This document shows, piece after piece, positions 9,600 to 19,242 of a DNA stretch of 64,000 bases. The stretch covers positions 86,224 to 150,223 of the IMG/VR virus record IMGVR_UViG_3300022468_000772. One strand, 5' to 3'. The notes beneath the pieces were generated by a model. It saw only the letters and a list, made by a program, of their open reading frames with translations. It did no database searches and was not told where the DNA came from. Within the stretch, counting starts at the first letter, position 1, and each line of letters starts with the position of its first letter. The DNA is from a virus. Lineage: Duplodnaviria > Heunggongvirae > Uroviricota > Caudoviricetes. A program made the translations under genes and the position numbers.

Positions 9600-10499
9600 A
9601 TGTTTAGACTACTCGTTAAAACCCATAACAAAACGGGTTTAAATTATCTCTGCGTGACAGAGAAAGAAAATTATGAAAAGTATGCTGGCTCTGGTCTTTA
9701 CTGGAAGCGTCATATTAAAGAACATGGAAGCGACATAACTACTGTTGTTCTTTATGAATCTGAAACTAAAACACAAGATTTTATAGATACATGTCTATAC
9801 TACTCTACTATTTTAAATGTAGTTGAATCATCCGAATGGGCGAACCTAATACCTGAAAATGCTAATTCTGTTGGATATAGAAGTTCTTCTAATGAAGAAA
9901 CTATATTCAAGATAAAAAGTGGTTTAAAAAGATTTTATGAGTCTGAAGAATCTATCAAAACTCGTGATTCCATTTCCAAAAGAATGAAACATCTATGTTC
10001 CGATCCGGTATATAGAGAAGAGATGGCTTTACGTCGATCTGAATATGTTGCCAATATCGAAAATCGTGAGACAATATCTAAGCAAATGAAAGATTTTTGG
10101 AAAAATGCAGATTCAGAATTTAAACACTCGCATAGCGAGAAAACATCTATAGGCCGTTTGCTGATGTCTGAAGATGCTAAGAAATCTAGAGCAGACAAAA
10201 TCACAAAAAGTTTTGCTAATTCTGAAAAGAGAAAAGAATTTGAGCTAACGATGAAAACTGACAGATTGGGTGGCAAAAACCCATATGCTAGGCAAGTTTA
10301 TTATTATGGTAAAATTTTTGATACTCGAACATCTTTTTATGACTATATAAAATCAATAGGTGTAAGTAAAAATTCAGTTATTATGAAGCTCAGATATAAA
10401 ACCGATCCTGAATGCTATTTAGTAGATAGAGTTAACGATAGTCTCTCCAAAACTATCAACCAAACTAAGGAAATAAAATATGAATCCACTAATGAGTAA
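9600..10499 (+). CDS. second GIY-YIG (Seg-like) homing endonuclease
   Basis: GLNYLCVTEKENYEKYAGSGLYWKRHIKEHG fits GIY-x11-YIG-x-R-x-H; C-terminal NUMOD-like repeats; RBS AAAAGGAAA before the ATG at 9600. Confidence 0.6.
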   Translation: MFRLLVKTHNKTGLNYLCVTEKENYEKYAGSGLYWKRHIKEHGSDITTVVLYESETKTQDFIDTCLYYSTILNVVESSEWANLIPENANSVGYRSSSNEETIFKIKSGLKRFYESEESIKTRDSISKRMKHLCSDPVYREEMALRRSEYVANIENRETISKQMKDFWKNADSEFKHSHSEKTSIGRLLMSEDAKKSRADKITKSFANSEKRKEFELTMKTDRLGGKNPYARQVYYYGKIFDTRTSFYDYIKSIGVSKNSVIMKLRYKTDPECYLVDRVNDSLSKTINQTKEIKYESTNE

Positions 10500-11541
10500 A
10501 TTAATGAAAGCAACATCAGTTGTTGGAGCGTCTGTTTTAGCAGACTCTTCATTTTTTAATGCAAAAAATCAGGTCACAACAAGTATGCCGATTTTGAATG
10601 CAGCTTTTTCTGGAGAATTGGATGGTGGGTTTGCGCCGGGGATTACCGTTATCTCTGGTGAATCAAAAACATTTAAATCTGCATTGACATTGTTTTCTTT
10701 GAAAGCATATCTAGACAAATACGAAGACTCTGTTGGTATTATCTATGACAATGAATACGGTATTACACCAGCATATATCAAATCTTTTGGTATTGACCCT
10801 TCGCGAGTTATCCATATTCCCTTTGAGCATATCGAACAACTTAAATTTGATTTTGTTAAAAAACTGGAAGAGTTGAAGGCGGGTGATCATGTATTTTTTA
10901 TGGTTGACTCTATTGGTCAAGCAAGCTCTAAAAAAGAAGTTGAAGATGCTCATGATGAAAAATCCGTGGCTGATATGACTCGTGCCAAAGCTATTCGATC
11001 CTTTTTGCGACTTATTACTGTTCAATTAACAAAGAAAGAATTGCCTTGTTTCTTGATTAACCACGTGTATGTTGAAATCGGTGCCATGTATCCGAAGACG
11101 ATTATTCCGGGCGGCACTGCCATGACCTACGTTGCTAACCAAATTTTTGTGATTACAAAGTCACAAGAAAAAGGTAGTGATGGTGAAATTGAAGGTTGGC
11201 ATTTCAATATCAATATTCACAAATCACGAAGTGTAAAGGAAAAATCTAAGTTCACCTTTACAGTTATGTATGAGCAGGGTATTGTGCGGTATTCTGGTTT
11301 GTTAGACTTGGCTTTAGAATCTGGTCTTGTACAAAAACCAAAACAGGGTTGGTATGTTCTTGTAAACCCCGAGACAGGTGAATTGGGTGAAAAGAATTTC
11401 CGTGCAAAAGAGTTTGATACAGTGTATGCTCCTAAGCTGGTTAAAGAGACAAAATTTAAAGAATTTGTGAAAAATAGGTTTCAACTCACTGCTATGCACG
11501 TAGTAGATGCGGAGCCTGAAGCGGAAGATTTGGAAGACTAA
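10480..11541 (+). CDS. uvsX: RecA-like recombinase UvsX
   Basis: N-terminus MNPLMSKLMKATS aligns with T4 UvsX MSDLKSRLIKAST; Walker A GESKTFKS; DSIGQASSKKE.EDA...KSVADMTRAK conserved. Confidence 0.9.
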   Translation: MNPLMSKLMKATSVVGASVLADSSFFNAKNQVTTSMPILNAAFSGELDGGFAPGITVISGESKTFKSALTLFSLKAYLDKYEDSVGIIYDNEYGITPAYIKSFGIDPSRVIHIPFEHIEQLKFDFVKKLEELKAGDHVFFMVDSIGQASSKKEVEDAHDEKSVADMTRAKAIRSFLRLITVQLTKKELPCFLINHVYVEIGAMYPKTIIPGGTAMTYVANQIFVITKSQEKGSDGEIEGWHFNINIHKSRSVKEKSKFTFTVMYEQGIVRYSGLLDLALESGLVQKPKQGWYVLVNPETGELGEKNFRAKEFDTVYAPKLVKETKFKEFVKNRFQLTAMHVVDAEPEAEDLED

Positions 11542-11564
11542 CCACTTCTTTACAAAATGGGAAA

Positions 11565-11600
11565 GGGGCTTAGAATAAAACACTAAGCCCCCTTGTAGTT
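11565..11600 (+). terminator. rho-independent terminator-like hairpin between uvsX and gene 41
   Basis: GGGGCTTAG / CTAAGCCCC (9 bp), loop AATAAAACA, then TTGTAGTTTAT. Confidence 0.45.
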
Positions 11601-11621
11601 TATGCATAAGAAAGATAATGA

Positions 11622-13040
11622 ATGTCAGTTGAAAACTTGATCTTTTCCCAACTCCTGTCTAACGAAGAATACGCAAGAAAAGTGCTTCCTCATTTGAAAG
11701 AGGAATACATGTCCACTAACGAAGCAAAGATTTTTCTGAAAATCTATCACCGCTTCTTTTCGAAATACAACAAACCTCCAGCGAAGCAAAGCATGCTTCT
11801 GGAAATTGAAAAACTCAAGGCATCGGCTGACACATATCAGGCCATGGTTGAATTCGTTAACCACAAAGAAGAATTTACAGAAAGCCTCGAATACCTTGTA
11901 GATAAAACAGAAGAGTATTGCAAAGAACGTGCTTTGTACAATGCTCTGCGCGATAGCGTTTTGATCATGGATGGGTCGAACGCAAAAGAGTCACGCACAC
12001 CAGAAATGATCCCTAGTTTGCTCACTCAGGCACTGGCTGTCTGTTTTGATACTACCGTGGGTCACAACTATGGCGAAGATTATGAAGAGCGATATGAATA
12101 CTACCATGATGATGTAGCACGTATCCCTACAGGCATTCCATACATCGACAAGATCACACGTGGTGGATTCCCACGTAAAACATTGAACGTGTTGCTTGCG
12201 CCTCCGCACGGTGGTAAATCGTTTGCCATGGTGAACATGGCTGCTGGTGCATTGAAGCAAGGCCAAAACGTTTTGTACATCACAATGGAAATGGCTGAGA
12301 AAGAAATCGGCAAACGTTTCGATGTGAATTTGCTTGATGTTGACTTTGATATGCTTGAAGATATCCCGAAAGATATTTACATGAAGAAGATGGCGAAACT
12401 CAAAACATCTTCCAATGGCAAGCTGGTGATCAAAGAGTATGGCACTGGTATGGCTAGTGCGGCTAACTTCCGTCAGCTTTTGAGCGAACTGAAGACCAAG
12501 CAGAATTTTGTTCCTGACTTGATTGTCATCGACTACATGAATATCTGCGCATCCGAGTTTTACAAGACTGGTAGCAATCACAATTCATACACAATCGTTG
12601 GCTCTGTCGGTAAAGAATTACGCGCACTTGCAAAAGAGGCAGATGCTGCTATTCTGACTGCTACACAAACAAACCGTTCTGGTGTTGAATCAAGCGAACT
12701 GGACATGACCACAGTTTCTGACTCCGCATCTACAAGTATGATTGCTGACTTTTTGTTGGGTGTGATCAATACCGGCGAACTGCGTGATTTGAATCAAATT
12801 CTGTTTGTTCAGATCAAGAATCGCTACGATGGTGTAAGCACTCACACTAAGCACATCATGGGAACCACATATTCGAAAATGCAAATGTATGATTTGGATG
12901 AAAACGTTGAGAAATTCACTCCAAAGAAAGCTGCAGCGAATAAGTTAAATAAGAAACCAGACTCCATACCAGTTGATATGAGTCACACAATTAAACCAAC
13001 AACAGCGTCATTTGACGACTTCACATACGAAGATGAGTAA
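11622..13040 (+). CDS. 41: DnaB-like replicative helicase
   Basis: Collinear with T4 gp41; Walker A PPHGGKSF; IVIDYMNI; TATQTNRSG. Confidence 0.9.
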   Translation: MSVENLIFSQLLSNEEYARKVLPHLKEEYMSTNEAKIFLKIYHRFFSKYNKPPAKQSMLLEIEKLKASADTYQAMVEFVNHKEEFTESLEYLVDKTEEYCKERALYNALRDSVLIMDGSNAKESRTPEMIPSLLTQALAVCFDTTVGHNYGEDYEERYEYYHDDVARIPTGIPYIDKITRGGFPRKTLNVLLAPPHGGKSFAMVNMAAGALKQGQNVLYITMEMAEKEIGKRFDVNLLDVDFDMLEDIPKDIYMKKMAKLKTSSNGKLVIKEYGTGMASAANFRQLLSELKTKQNFVPDLIVIDYMNICASEFYKTGSNHNSYTIVGSVGKELRALAKEADAAILTATQTNRSGVESSELDMTTVSDSASTSMIADFLLGVINTGELRDLNQILFVQIKNRYDGVSTHTKHIMGTTYSKMQMYDLDENVEKFTPKKAAANKLNKKPDSIPVDMSHTIKPTTASFDDFTYEDE

Positions 13041-13770
13041 TCTAGGTACTTTTGCAGAATTAATGCAGCAAGCGGCTAAACAAAAGGCCGATAAATTAGC
13101 TGCGGAAAAGGCGCGGAGAGAAAAAGAAGTAGCGCCTTTGCTTTCGGAATTGTTTAAGACAGTTAAGGAAGCAAAGGATGTTGTCAACAAAGAAGTCGTG
13201 GAAAAGCACGAAAAAGTTGTTGAACTGGTTAAGAACCTTGAAACTAAGGTCGAGGAAGCCACCAAAACCACTCAGGAAGCGATTTCTGACGAAAGTGATA
13301 GCGAGGTACCAGAGCCTGATGAAAACGCTGTAATGCGCGTTATAAAGCAGCTTCAAAAAGACTTTGCGGCACTCAAGCAACATGTGGATGCTGCAAAGCA
13401 ACAGACTGCATCAGTTTCTTTTGGTGGTGGTGGTTCTGGTGAAGTTCAAATTACCCGAATGGATGACGTTGAAAAGGCCACTCCAAAAACAGGTGACACT
13501 CTTGTCTGGGATGAATCCTTGGGTAGGTTTGTTTACAAGCCAATAAATACATCAGAGGAAGATATGCCATACGCTAAACGTGTAGATTTTGTTAACGATA
13601 GCTTGATTTACAAAGGTGAAGCACCTGTTGGGTCGTTTGAAACTGATCCTGTCTGGAGAATTCACCGATTGGTTTTGTCACCGGATGGTGATTTAGTTGA
13701 AACATGGGCTAGTGGTGACGCTTCTTTTTCCTATTCATGGTCAGATAGAGCAACATACCCATATCAATAA
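13033..13770 (+). CDS. coiled-coil fibrous protein with C-terminal beta domain (possible fibritin or fibre-like)
   Basis: K/E-rich heptad region, a GGGGSG linker, then DTLVWDESLGRFVYKP...; ATGAGTAA overlap with the helicase stop. Confidence 0.35.
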   Translation: MSNLGTFAELMQQAAKQKADKLAAEKARREKEVAPLLSELFKTVKEAKDVVNKEVVEKHEKVVELVKNLETKVEEATKTTQEAISDESDSEVPEPDENAVMRVIKQLQKDFAALKQHVDAAKQQTASVSFGGGGSGEVQITRMDDVEKATPKTGDTLVWDESLGRFVYKPINTSEEDMPYAKRVDFVNDSLIYKGEAPVGSFETDPVWRIHRLVLSPDGDLVETWASGDASFSYSWSDRATYPYQ

Positions 13771-13772
13771 AA

Positions 13773-14780
13773 ATGTCAGATAATATACAATTACCAAATA
13801 GCCAGATCGTCGCAGCGACAGACGATGTTAATGGCGTACAGTTCCAACGAGTCAAGCTGGCTCTTGGTTCTGATGGTGTTCATGATGGTGATGTGAACAC
13901 ATTCAATCCATTACCGGTTAAGCTGGATGCTGCGTCACTTGCTGCTTTGGAAAATATCACAGTTCACGTTGATAATCCATCAAATGCAGGTTTAACTGAT
14001 GCACAGTTGAGAGCAGCACCACTCACAGTTTCTGTTGATAATCAGTATGGTTTGACCAATACTCAGTTGCGGTCTGCTCCAATCGAAGTGAATGTGATGT
14101 CGGTTGAGACACAGCCACTACCATCTGGTGCTTCTACAGAATTGACACTTGCTGGTCTGAAAACTGTTGTTGAAAACCTGAAGACAGTTATTGATACATT
14201 GAATGGTAAGATAACTGAAGTCAATACAAACGCAGTAACTGTGACCAATCCTACTGCGTTGGGATTAACAAATACTGAATTACGCTCTGCACCACTGGAT
14301 TTACCAACTGGCGCATCAACTGAATCAACACTTTCAGCATTGAAAACTGCTATTGATTCATTAAATGCGAAAGTGACTGCTGTTAATACTGGTGCAGTGA
14401 CGGTAACCAATCCAACTCCTGCAGGTCTAACGAATACTGAATTACGGGCTTCCGAAATTCCGGTTGCTGATATTATCACTCAGAGTATTTTGTATGACAT
14501 GGCTAATGTGACTGACGCTATTAAAGATATGTCTGATTCTATGCTTTACATGCAATCTGCCATTCTTGAAAAGATGGGAAGATTAGATAGATTTGATCGA
14601 ATGACTGTTCAAGTTTCTGATAGTGGTGGTAATGAAATTAACTCACCTTATTATGGTGTTTCATTGAATTTTGCTGGTGAATCAAGTGGCGGTAGATCAT
14701 ATTCAAGAATTTTTGAACCATTTCAATTCTCAAACGTTGGCGCAAATCATCTTTACAATCAATTAACAATTACAGGCTAA
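13773..14780 (+). CDS. tail-fibre-like protein with GLTNTELRSAP repeats
   Basis: Six or more copies of G-L-T-(D/N)-(A/T)-(Q/E)-L-R-(A/S)-A-P spaced by 10-30 aa; T/S/A/N-rich. Confidence 0.45.
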   Translation: MSDNIQLPNSQIVAATDDVNGVQFQRVKLALGSDGVHDGDVNTFNPLPVKLDAASLAALENITVHVDNPSNAGLTDAQLRAAPLTVSVDNQYGLTNTQLRSAPIEVNVMSVETQPLPSGASTELTLAGLKTVVENLKTVIDTLNGKITEVNTNAVTVTNPTALGLTNTELRSAPLDLPTGASTESTLSALKTAIDSLNAKVTAVNTGAVTVTNPTPAGLTNTELRASEIPVADIITQSILYDMANVTDAIKDMSDSMLYMQSAILEKMGRLDRFDRMTVQVSDSGGNEINSPYYGVSLNFAGESSGGRSYSRIFEPFQFSNVGANHLYNQLTITG

Positions 14781-14783
14781 GTC

Positions 14784-16481
14784 ATGGCAATCACTAATAA
14801 TTTAAGAAAACTGGTTCATCGCAAATCTTGGGAACTGGTAACACCAGCTGTTTCAAACACCGGCAATGGATCATTTGTAGACACTATTAAAGACCCGACA
14901 CATCCATTTTATAATATGGTGTTTTTTGTTAACGGTTCTTCCGGTATATATTTTTATGATGCCAATGAAGACGCTTGGCAACAGTTAATAAATTCCGGTA
15001 TCACTGGTGCATTTGCTAGTGGTTCATGTGGTGATATGCATGAAATTGGAACAATGGGCGGTGTCCCTGTTCAAACTGCTACTGCAGGAACAACTTCTAC
15101 TATTACAACCAATAGAACAATTGTCCGTTCCTTGGTAAATGCTAAAGTCCGTGTAATTGCCGGTGCCGGTATGGGTTATGAAGGTAAAGTATCAGCAAAT
15201 ACTATTGGTGCTAACGCTGTACTTACAGTAACTCCAGTATCTGGAACCGCCTTTAACTCAACAACTATGTTTGAGGTCTATTCTGGATCATTACAATTTT
15301 TTAATGCTGGATCAACTGCAGTTGGATATTCAATTTATGACATTGCAACCAATACATGGACAGCAAAATCTGTTACAGGGTTACCAACCGCATTCGGAAC
15401 TGATGGTCAATTAGTCACTACAACAAATATACCCGCTGCAATTATAAATGGTACTGCAACTGCTGGTGCATCAACTACAATCACAACCAATAAAACTCTA
15501 CTTCTCAATCAAGTTTCCAATTTTGCAATCCGTATTGTTTCAGGTACTGGTGCTGGTCAAACCAGAGTCATTGCATCTAACACTGCTGGTGCCAACTCGG
15601 TACTTACAACGTCATCTGCTACAACGGCACTTTCTGCAATGACTCGCGCAGCAACTGGTATTGTTACTGCCACTGTTGCTTCTGCGGCAGCACCAAATTT
15701 GATCCCCGGTCGTGGCTACACGATTACCGCAGCAACTGACGCAACTTTCAACGCAACATACACGATCCTTACCATTTCAGGCACAACTGTGACTATGTTG
15801 GGTTCCAATACTACAGTTCAAGCCACTGTTCAAACTGGTACTGGACAAGACACATGGATTACAAACCCTGATGCAACATCTGTGTATGCTATTGAAGGTG
15901 ATTATAATGCTACATATCTTGGTGGTAATGCTGCAGTAACACTTTACAAATATAATATTGGAGCCAATACATGGACAACTGTTGCTCCAAGTGCCGCACG
16001 TTCCGGTGCATCGGGTGCAGGGTTTACAATGGATGTTGTTAATTCAGTACCTAGTTGGACAGAAAGCACAATCGGAACGTCACTTCTTCAAACTGCCGGT
16101 ATTGTAAAACAAAATGGTCGCTATATATACTCACTCCGTGGCTCTGGCAGCGCTATTTTAGATGTATATGATATTGCTCTGAATACTTGGATTTCAAGTG
16201 TTTCATATGGTAACCAGACAGAAACATTCAATACTGGTTCTGTTTCATGGGAAGATGATTCTAAGCTGTATATTCAAAAAGAAGGTACAGGTCGTGTTTT
16301 CCAATTTGATATTGATAAAAATGAATTAACACCTTTTGCAACACTGGTTTATCCACAATCAACAACTTCTGCTGGTGACAAAATGTTTACCAAGAAATTT
16401 GTTGATGGTGCAAACTCTGTGAACTTCTTCTATTCTATGTTCCATTCACGTGGTGAAATGGTTCGTATGATGGTGATCTAA
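14784..16481 (+). CDS. T/S/G/A-rich beta-structure fibrous or adhesin-like protein with internal repeats
   Basis: Repeated units TAGTTSTITTNRTIV, TAGASTTITTNKTLL, VRVIAGAGMGYEGKVSANTIGANAVLTV and IRIVSGTGAGQTRVIASNTAGANSVLTT. Confidence 0.4.
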   Translation: MAITNNLRKLVHRKSWELVTPAVSNTGNGSFVDTIKDPTHPFYNMVFFVNGSSGIYFYDANEDAWQQLINSGITGAFASGSCGDMHEIGTMGGVPVQTATAGTTSTITTNRTIVRSLVNAKVRVIAGAGMGYEGKVSANTIGANAVLTVTPVSGTAFNSTTMFEVYSGSLQFFNAGSTAVGYSIYDIATNTWTAKSVTGLPTAFGTDGQLVTTTNIPAAIINGTATAGASTTITTNKTLLLNQVSNFAIRIVSGTGAGQTRVIASNTAGANSVLTTSSATTALSAMTRAATGIVTATVASAAAPNLIPGRGYTITAATDATFNATYTILTISGTTVTMLGSNTTVQATVQTGTGQDTWITNPDATSVYAIEGDYNATYLGGNAAVTLYKYNIGANTWTTVAPSAARSGASGAGFTMDVVNSVPSWTESTIGTSLLQTAGIVKQNGRYIYSLRGSGSAILDVYDIALNTWISSVSYGNQTETFNTGSVSWEDDSKLYIQKEGTGRVFQFDIDKNELTPFATLVYPQSTTSAGDKMFTKKFVDGANSVNFFYSMFHSRGEMVRMMVI

Positions 16482-16682
16482 TGCTTCTTATTTTACTTCA
16501 TAGCTTTTTCTCAAAGCCAACAAGAATAGCGAAACAGAGACTTCTAAAGACATTTTCTAGTCTCTCTATTGTTGTCTCCTATCCTGAAATAAAACTATAT
16601 AAACAATTTACAAAAAGTGACATAAAAGTGGGCTTGACAAAAGCCAAAATTGTACAAAAATACACATATATGCGAGTAGAAA

Positions 16683-16967
16683 TTGATTAATACTTTCGAA
16701 CCAAAATTGGTCGGTAACACGATCACAATGACCACTAAGTTTTACGATTCTGCGAACACAGAAGTGATTCCAGATAGCGTGACTCTAAAGTACAAGAAAC
16801 CAGATGGCACAGTGACAACTCAAGGTGTTTTGCTAGTTTCTGATAAATACTCTTCATCAGTCTTGCTGAATGTAGCAGGTATTTGGTACTTCAGGTGGGA
16901 AAGTTCTGGTAACTACGCATCGGCTGAAGAGTTTAGTGTCAACGTCAGACCTTCTGCTTTAGATTAA
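16683..16967 (+). CDS. hypothetical protein (small beta-rich, structural context)
   Basis: 94-aa ORF after a roughly 200-nt intergenic gap. Confidence 0.35.
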   Translation: MINTFEPKLVGNTITMTTKFYDSANTEVIPDSVTLKYKKPDGTVTTQGVLLVSDKYSSSVLLNVAGIWYFRWESSGNYASAEEFSVNVRPSALD

Positions 16968-17043
16968 ATAGATCAACATCATATTGTGGGTTTGCGCGAT
17001 TCACAGTATTTCATAATGCATAGCGCGATTAAAGGAATTAAAA

Positions 17044-17424
17044 ATGGCCGTAACTTACTCTTCTACTACAAAACAAAACCGCATGAATGCTGTTGTGACT
17101 ACTATTGGTGCCTCTGGTAAACTGAAGTTGTTCACTGCTGCTGATGCACTCTTGGCAACTTTCACTTTGGCTGCAACTGCTGGTACCGTTTCTGGTTCCA
17201 CTTTGACTTTCTCTGATGCTAACGGTGCAACTGCAGGTATCTTGAATACTACTGCTTCTGCTGCGGGTACAGCAACCAAAGCATCTATTACTACATCGGC
17301 TGATGTGGATGTGATTACTGGTTTGACAGTGGGAACTACTGGTACTGATTTGGTGTTGGATAACAACGTGTTGGCATCTTCACAGGCTATCACAATCAAC
17401 TCTGCAACTATCACTCACGCTTAA
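17044..17424 (+). CDS. T/A/G-rich structural protein
   Basis: 126 aa of low-complexity beta composition; RBS AAAGGAAT. Confidence 0.4.
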   Translation: MAVTYSSTTKQNRMNAVVTTIGASGKLKLFTAADALLATFTLAATAGTVSGSTLTFSDANGATAGILNTTASAAGTATKASITTSADVDVITGLTVGTTGTDLVLDNNVLASSQAITINSATITHA

Positions 17425-17430
17425 TAGATC

Positions 17431-17724
17431 ATGGCGTTTTCTACAGGTACAGCAACGATTGATTTTGGGGCCAATCCGGGCTCCAATGAAGCGTCTGTTG
17501 CTGTCACTGGTCAGAGTGGTATCTTAGGCACCTCAAAGGTCGAAGCCTTTGTGATGGCAGACGACACAACTTCAGACCACACAGCAAACGATCATCGTTA
17601 TCTTCCACAGTTTGTATCTTTCACTTGCTCTTCTCCGGTGGCAGGTGTTGGTTTCACAATCTATGGGCGTTCTATTCATAAAATGACAGGCACATATCAG
17701 ATTCGTTTTGTGTGGTCTGACTAA
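17431..17724 (+). CDS. hypothetical structural protein
   Basis: 97-aa ORF in the operon. Confidence 0.35.
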   Translation: MAFSTGTATIDFGANPGSNEASVAVTGQSGILGTSKVEAFVMADDTTSDHTANDHRYLPQFVSFTCSSPVAGVGFTIYGRSIHKMTGTYQIRFVWSD

Positions 17725-17734
17725 GGATTAATAA

Positions 17735-19237
17735 ATGGCATTAGATTCTAATATTCGTGGTGTATCTTCCGGCGTTGGTGCTGAAGTTGATGCATCAAAT
17801 CAACTGAAAGTTGCTTTGGGTACAGACCCAACAAAAGCAGGTTTTATTCGTAACGCTTGGCTGCGCGATTCAACAACTGCACGTGAGATGCGTGTAACAG
17901 AAGAGGGAGAAAGTTTCTCTGCGTCTGGTCGTCTTTTGTTCTATTCGGATTTCAACGGTGCCACACTTTTGAATAACCAATGGAACACTCAAGCAACTAC
18001 TATGGCTGTTGCTTTGTCTGGTGGTTTTGTTCGATTAAATTCAGGTTCTATTGTAACTACCAACACTGGTGTGGCAATTAACTCTGCTCGGACATTTTCA
18101 TTGGAAGATGGTATTCAGCTACGAATAAAAGCAAAGATTCGACATAGTAATGGTGCGATTGCTAATAAGCAGTTTGAATTTGGTGTTGGAATGTATCAAG
18201 TTGCCGCTAACCAAGCCGGTGCATCTACTGAATTTATTGGATTCCGTTGGACACAGGCTGGTAACTTGATTGGTGTTATTGAGTATTCTACCGGTGGCGC
18301 ACCTACTGCTCTCACTACTGGAACAACTATCAACGGTGGTGTACCTTTGAGTGATAACGTGTCTCGTGAGTATGAGATTGTTATTTCTACATCAAGGGTT
18401 GAATTCTATATTGATGGAGTTTATCAATCCACTATTGAAGAACCTGCGGATGGGCCAGGTTTACTGAAGGGTGCATCTTATCCTATATTGAATCGCTTGT
18501 TTATCACAACTGCGACTGCTCTAGCACCAGTGTTTGATATTAGTGATGTGACTGTTTTGAAAATCGGTGCTGAAGCTGATATTCCAATCAGCTATCGCCA
18601 AGCACTGATGGGTCGTCACTCGGCATATCCACAAACTGGTCTTACTGGTACTAACGGCAACACTGCTGTCGCTGTTGCTAATGCCACTGCTCCTACTGCC
18701 ACTGCCGGTTCTAACACTGCTGCTGCATCTACTGGATTGGGTGGTTACTATGCGCTGACTGCTACTAACATTGGTACAGCAAATAATAACACAATAATCA
18801 ATGCATTTCAAAATCCTGCAATTCCAATCACTGCTGGTGCAGGTACTCATGGTCGTAATTTGATTATCACCGGCATTCGTATTAGCCCAATGGTGGTTAC
18901 TACTGCATTGACTGGTGGCGGTGCTGTTTTGAACTGGTTTGTGGCTGTTGGTAATACTGCCGTATCATACGCAACAACAGACGCTGCAGGTACTACTGCA
19001 CTCGGTTCTAAGTCACCACGTATTATTCCATTGTCTGTTGTCGATAGCATTGCTGCTGCTGCTGCTGTCGGTGTTGTTGCTACTCGTGTGGGTGATAGTT
19101 ACTATGCTCTGGAAACACCTCTGGTGGTGCATCCGGGCGAGTTTATTTCCGTTGGTGTTAGAACCATTCAAGCAACTGCTGCCGTGACTGCTGGTGTTAT
19201 TAGTGGCGGTATCGGTTTCGGCGGTTATTGGGATTAA
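17735..19237 (+). CDS. large fibre or receptor-binding-like protein (possible concanavalin/LamG-like domain)
   Basis: 500 aa; N-terminal LLFYSDFNGATLLNNQW...GGFVRLNSG; T/A/G-rich C-terminus. Confidence 0.35.
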   Translation: MALDSNIRGVSSGVGAEVDASNQLKVALGTDPTKAGFIRNAWLRDSTTAREMRVTEEGESFSASGRLLFYSDFNGATLLNNQWNTQATTMAVALSGGFVRLNSGSIVTTNTGVAINSARTFSLEDGIQLRIKAKIRHSNGAIANKQFEFGVGMYQVAANQAGASTEFIGFRWTQAGNLIGVIEYSTGGAPTALTTGTTINGGVPLSDNVSREYEIVISTSRVEFYIDGVYQSTIEEPADGPGLLKGASYPILNRLFITTATALAPVFDISDVTVLKIGAEADIPISYRQALMGRHSAYPQTGLTGTNGNTAVAVANATAPTATAGSNTAAASTGLGGYYALTATNIGTANNNTIINAFQNPAIPITAGAGTHGRNLIITGIRISPMVVTTALTGGGAVLNWFVAVGNTAVSYATTDAAGTTALGSKSPRIIPLSVVDSIAAAAAVGVVATRVGDSYYALETPLVVHPGEFISVGVRTIQATAAVTAGVISGGIGFGGYWD

Positions 19238-19242
19238 TATAA

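Noticed and set aside
16481-16690. 69-aa ORF in the 200-nt gap between structural genes
   Set aside because: Basic, low-complexity, no RBS; the gap more likely holds a promoter (TTGACA at about 16633) and hairpin AGAGACT...AGTCTCT.
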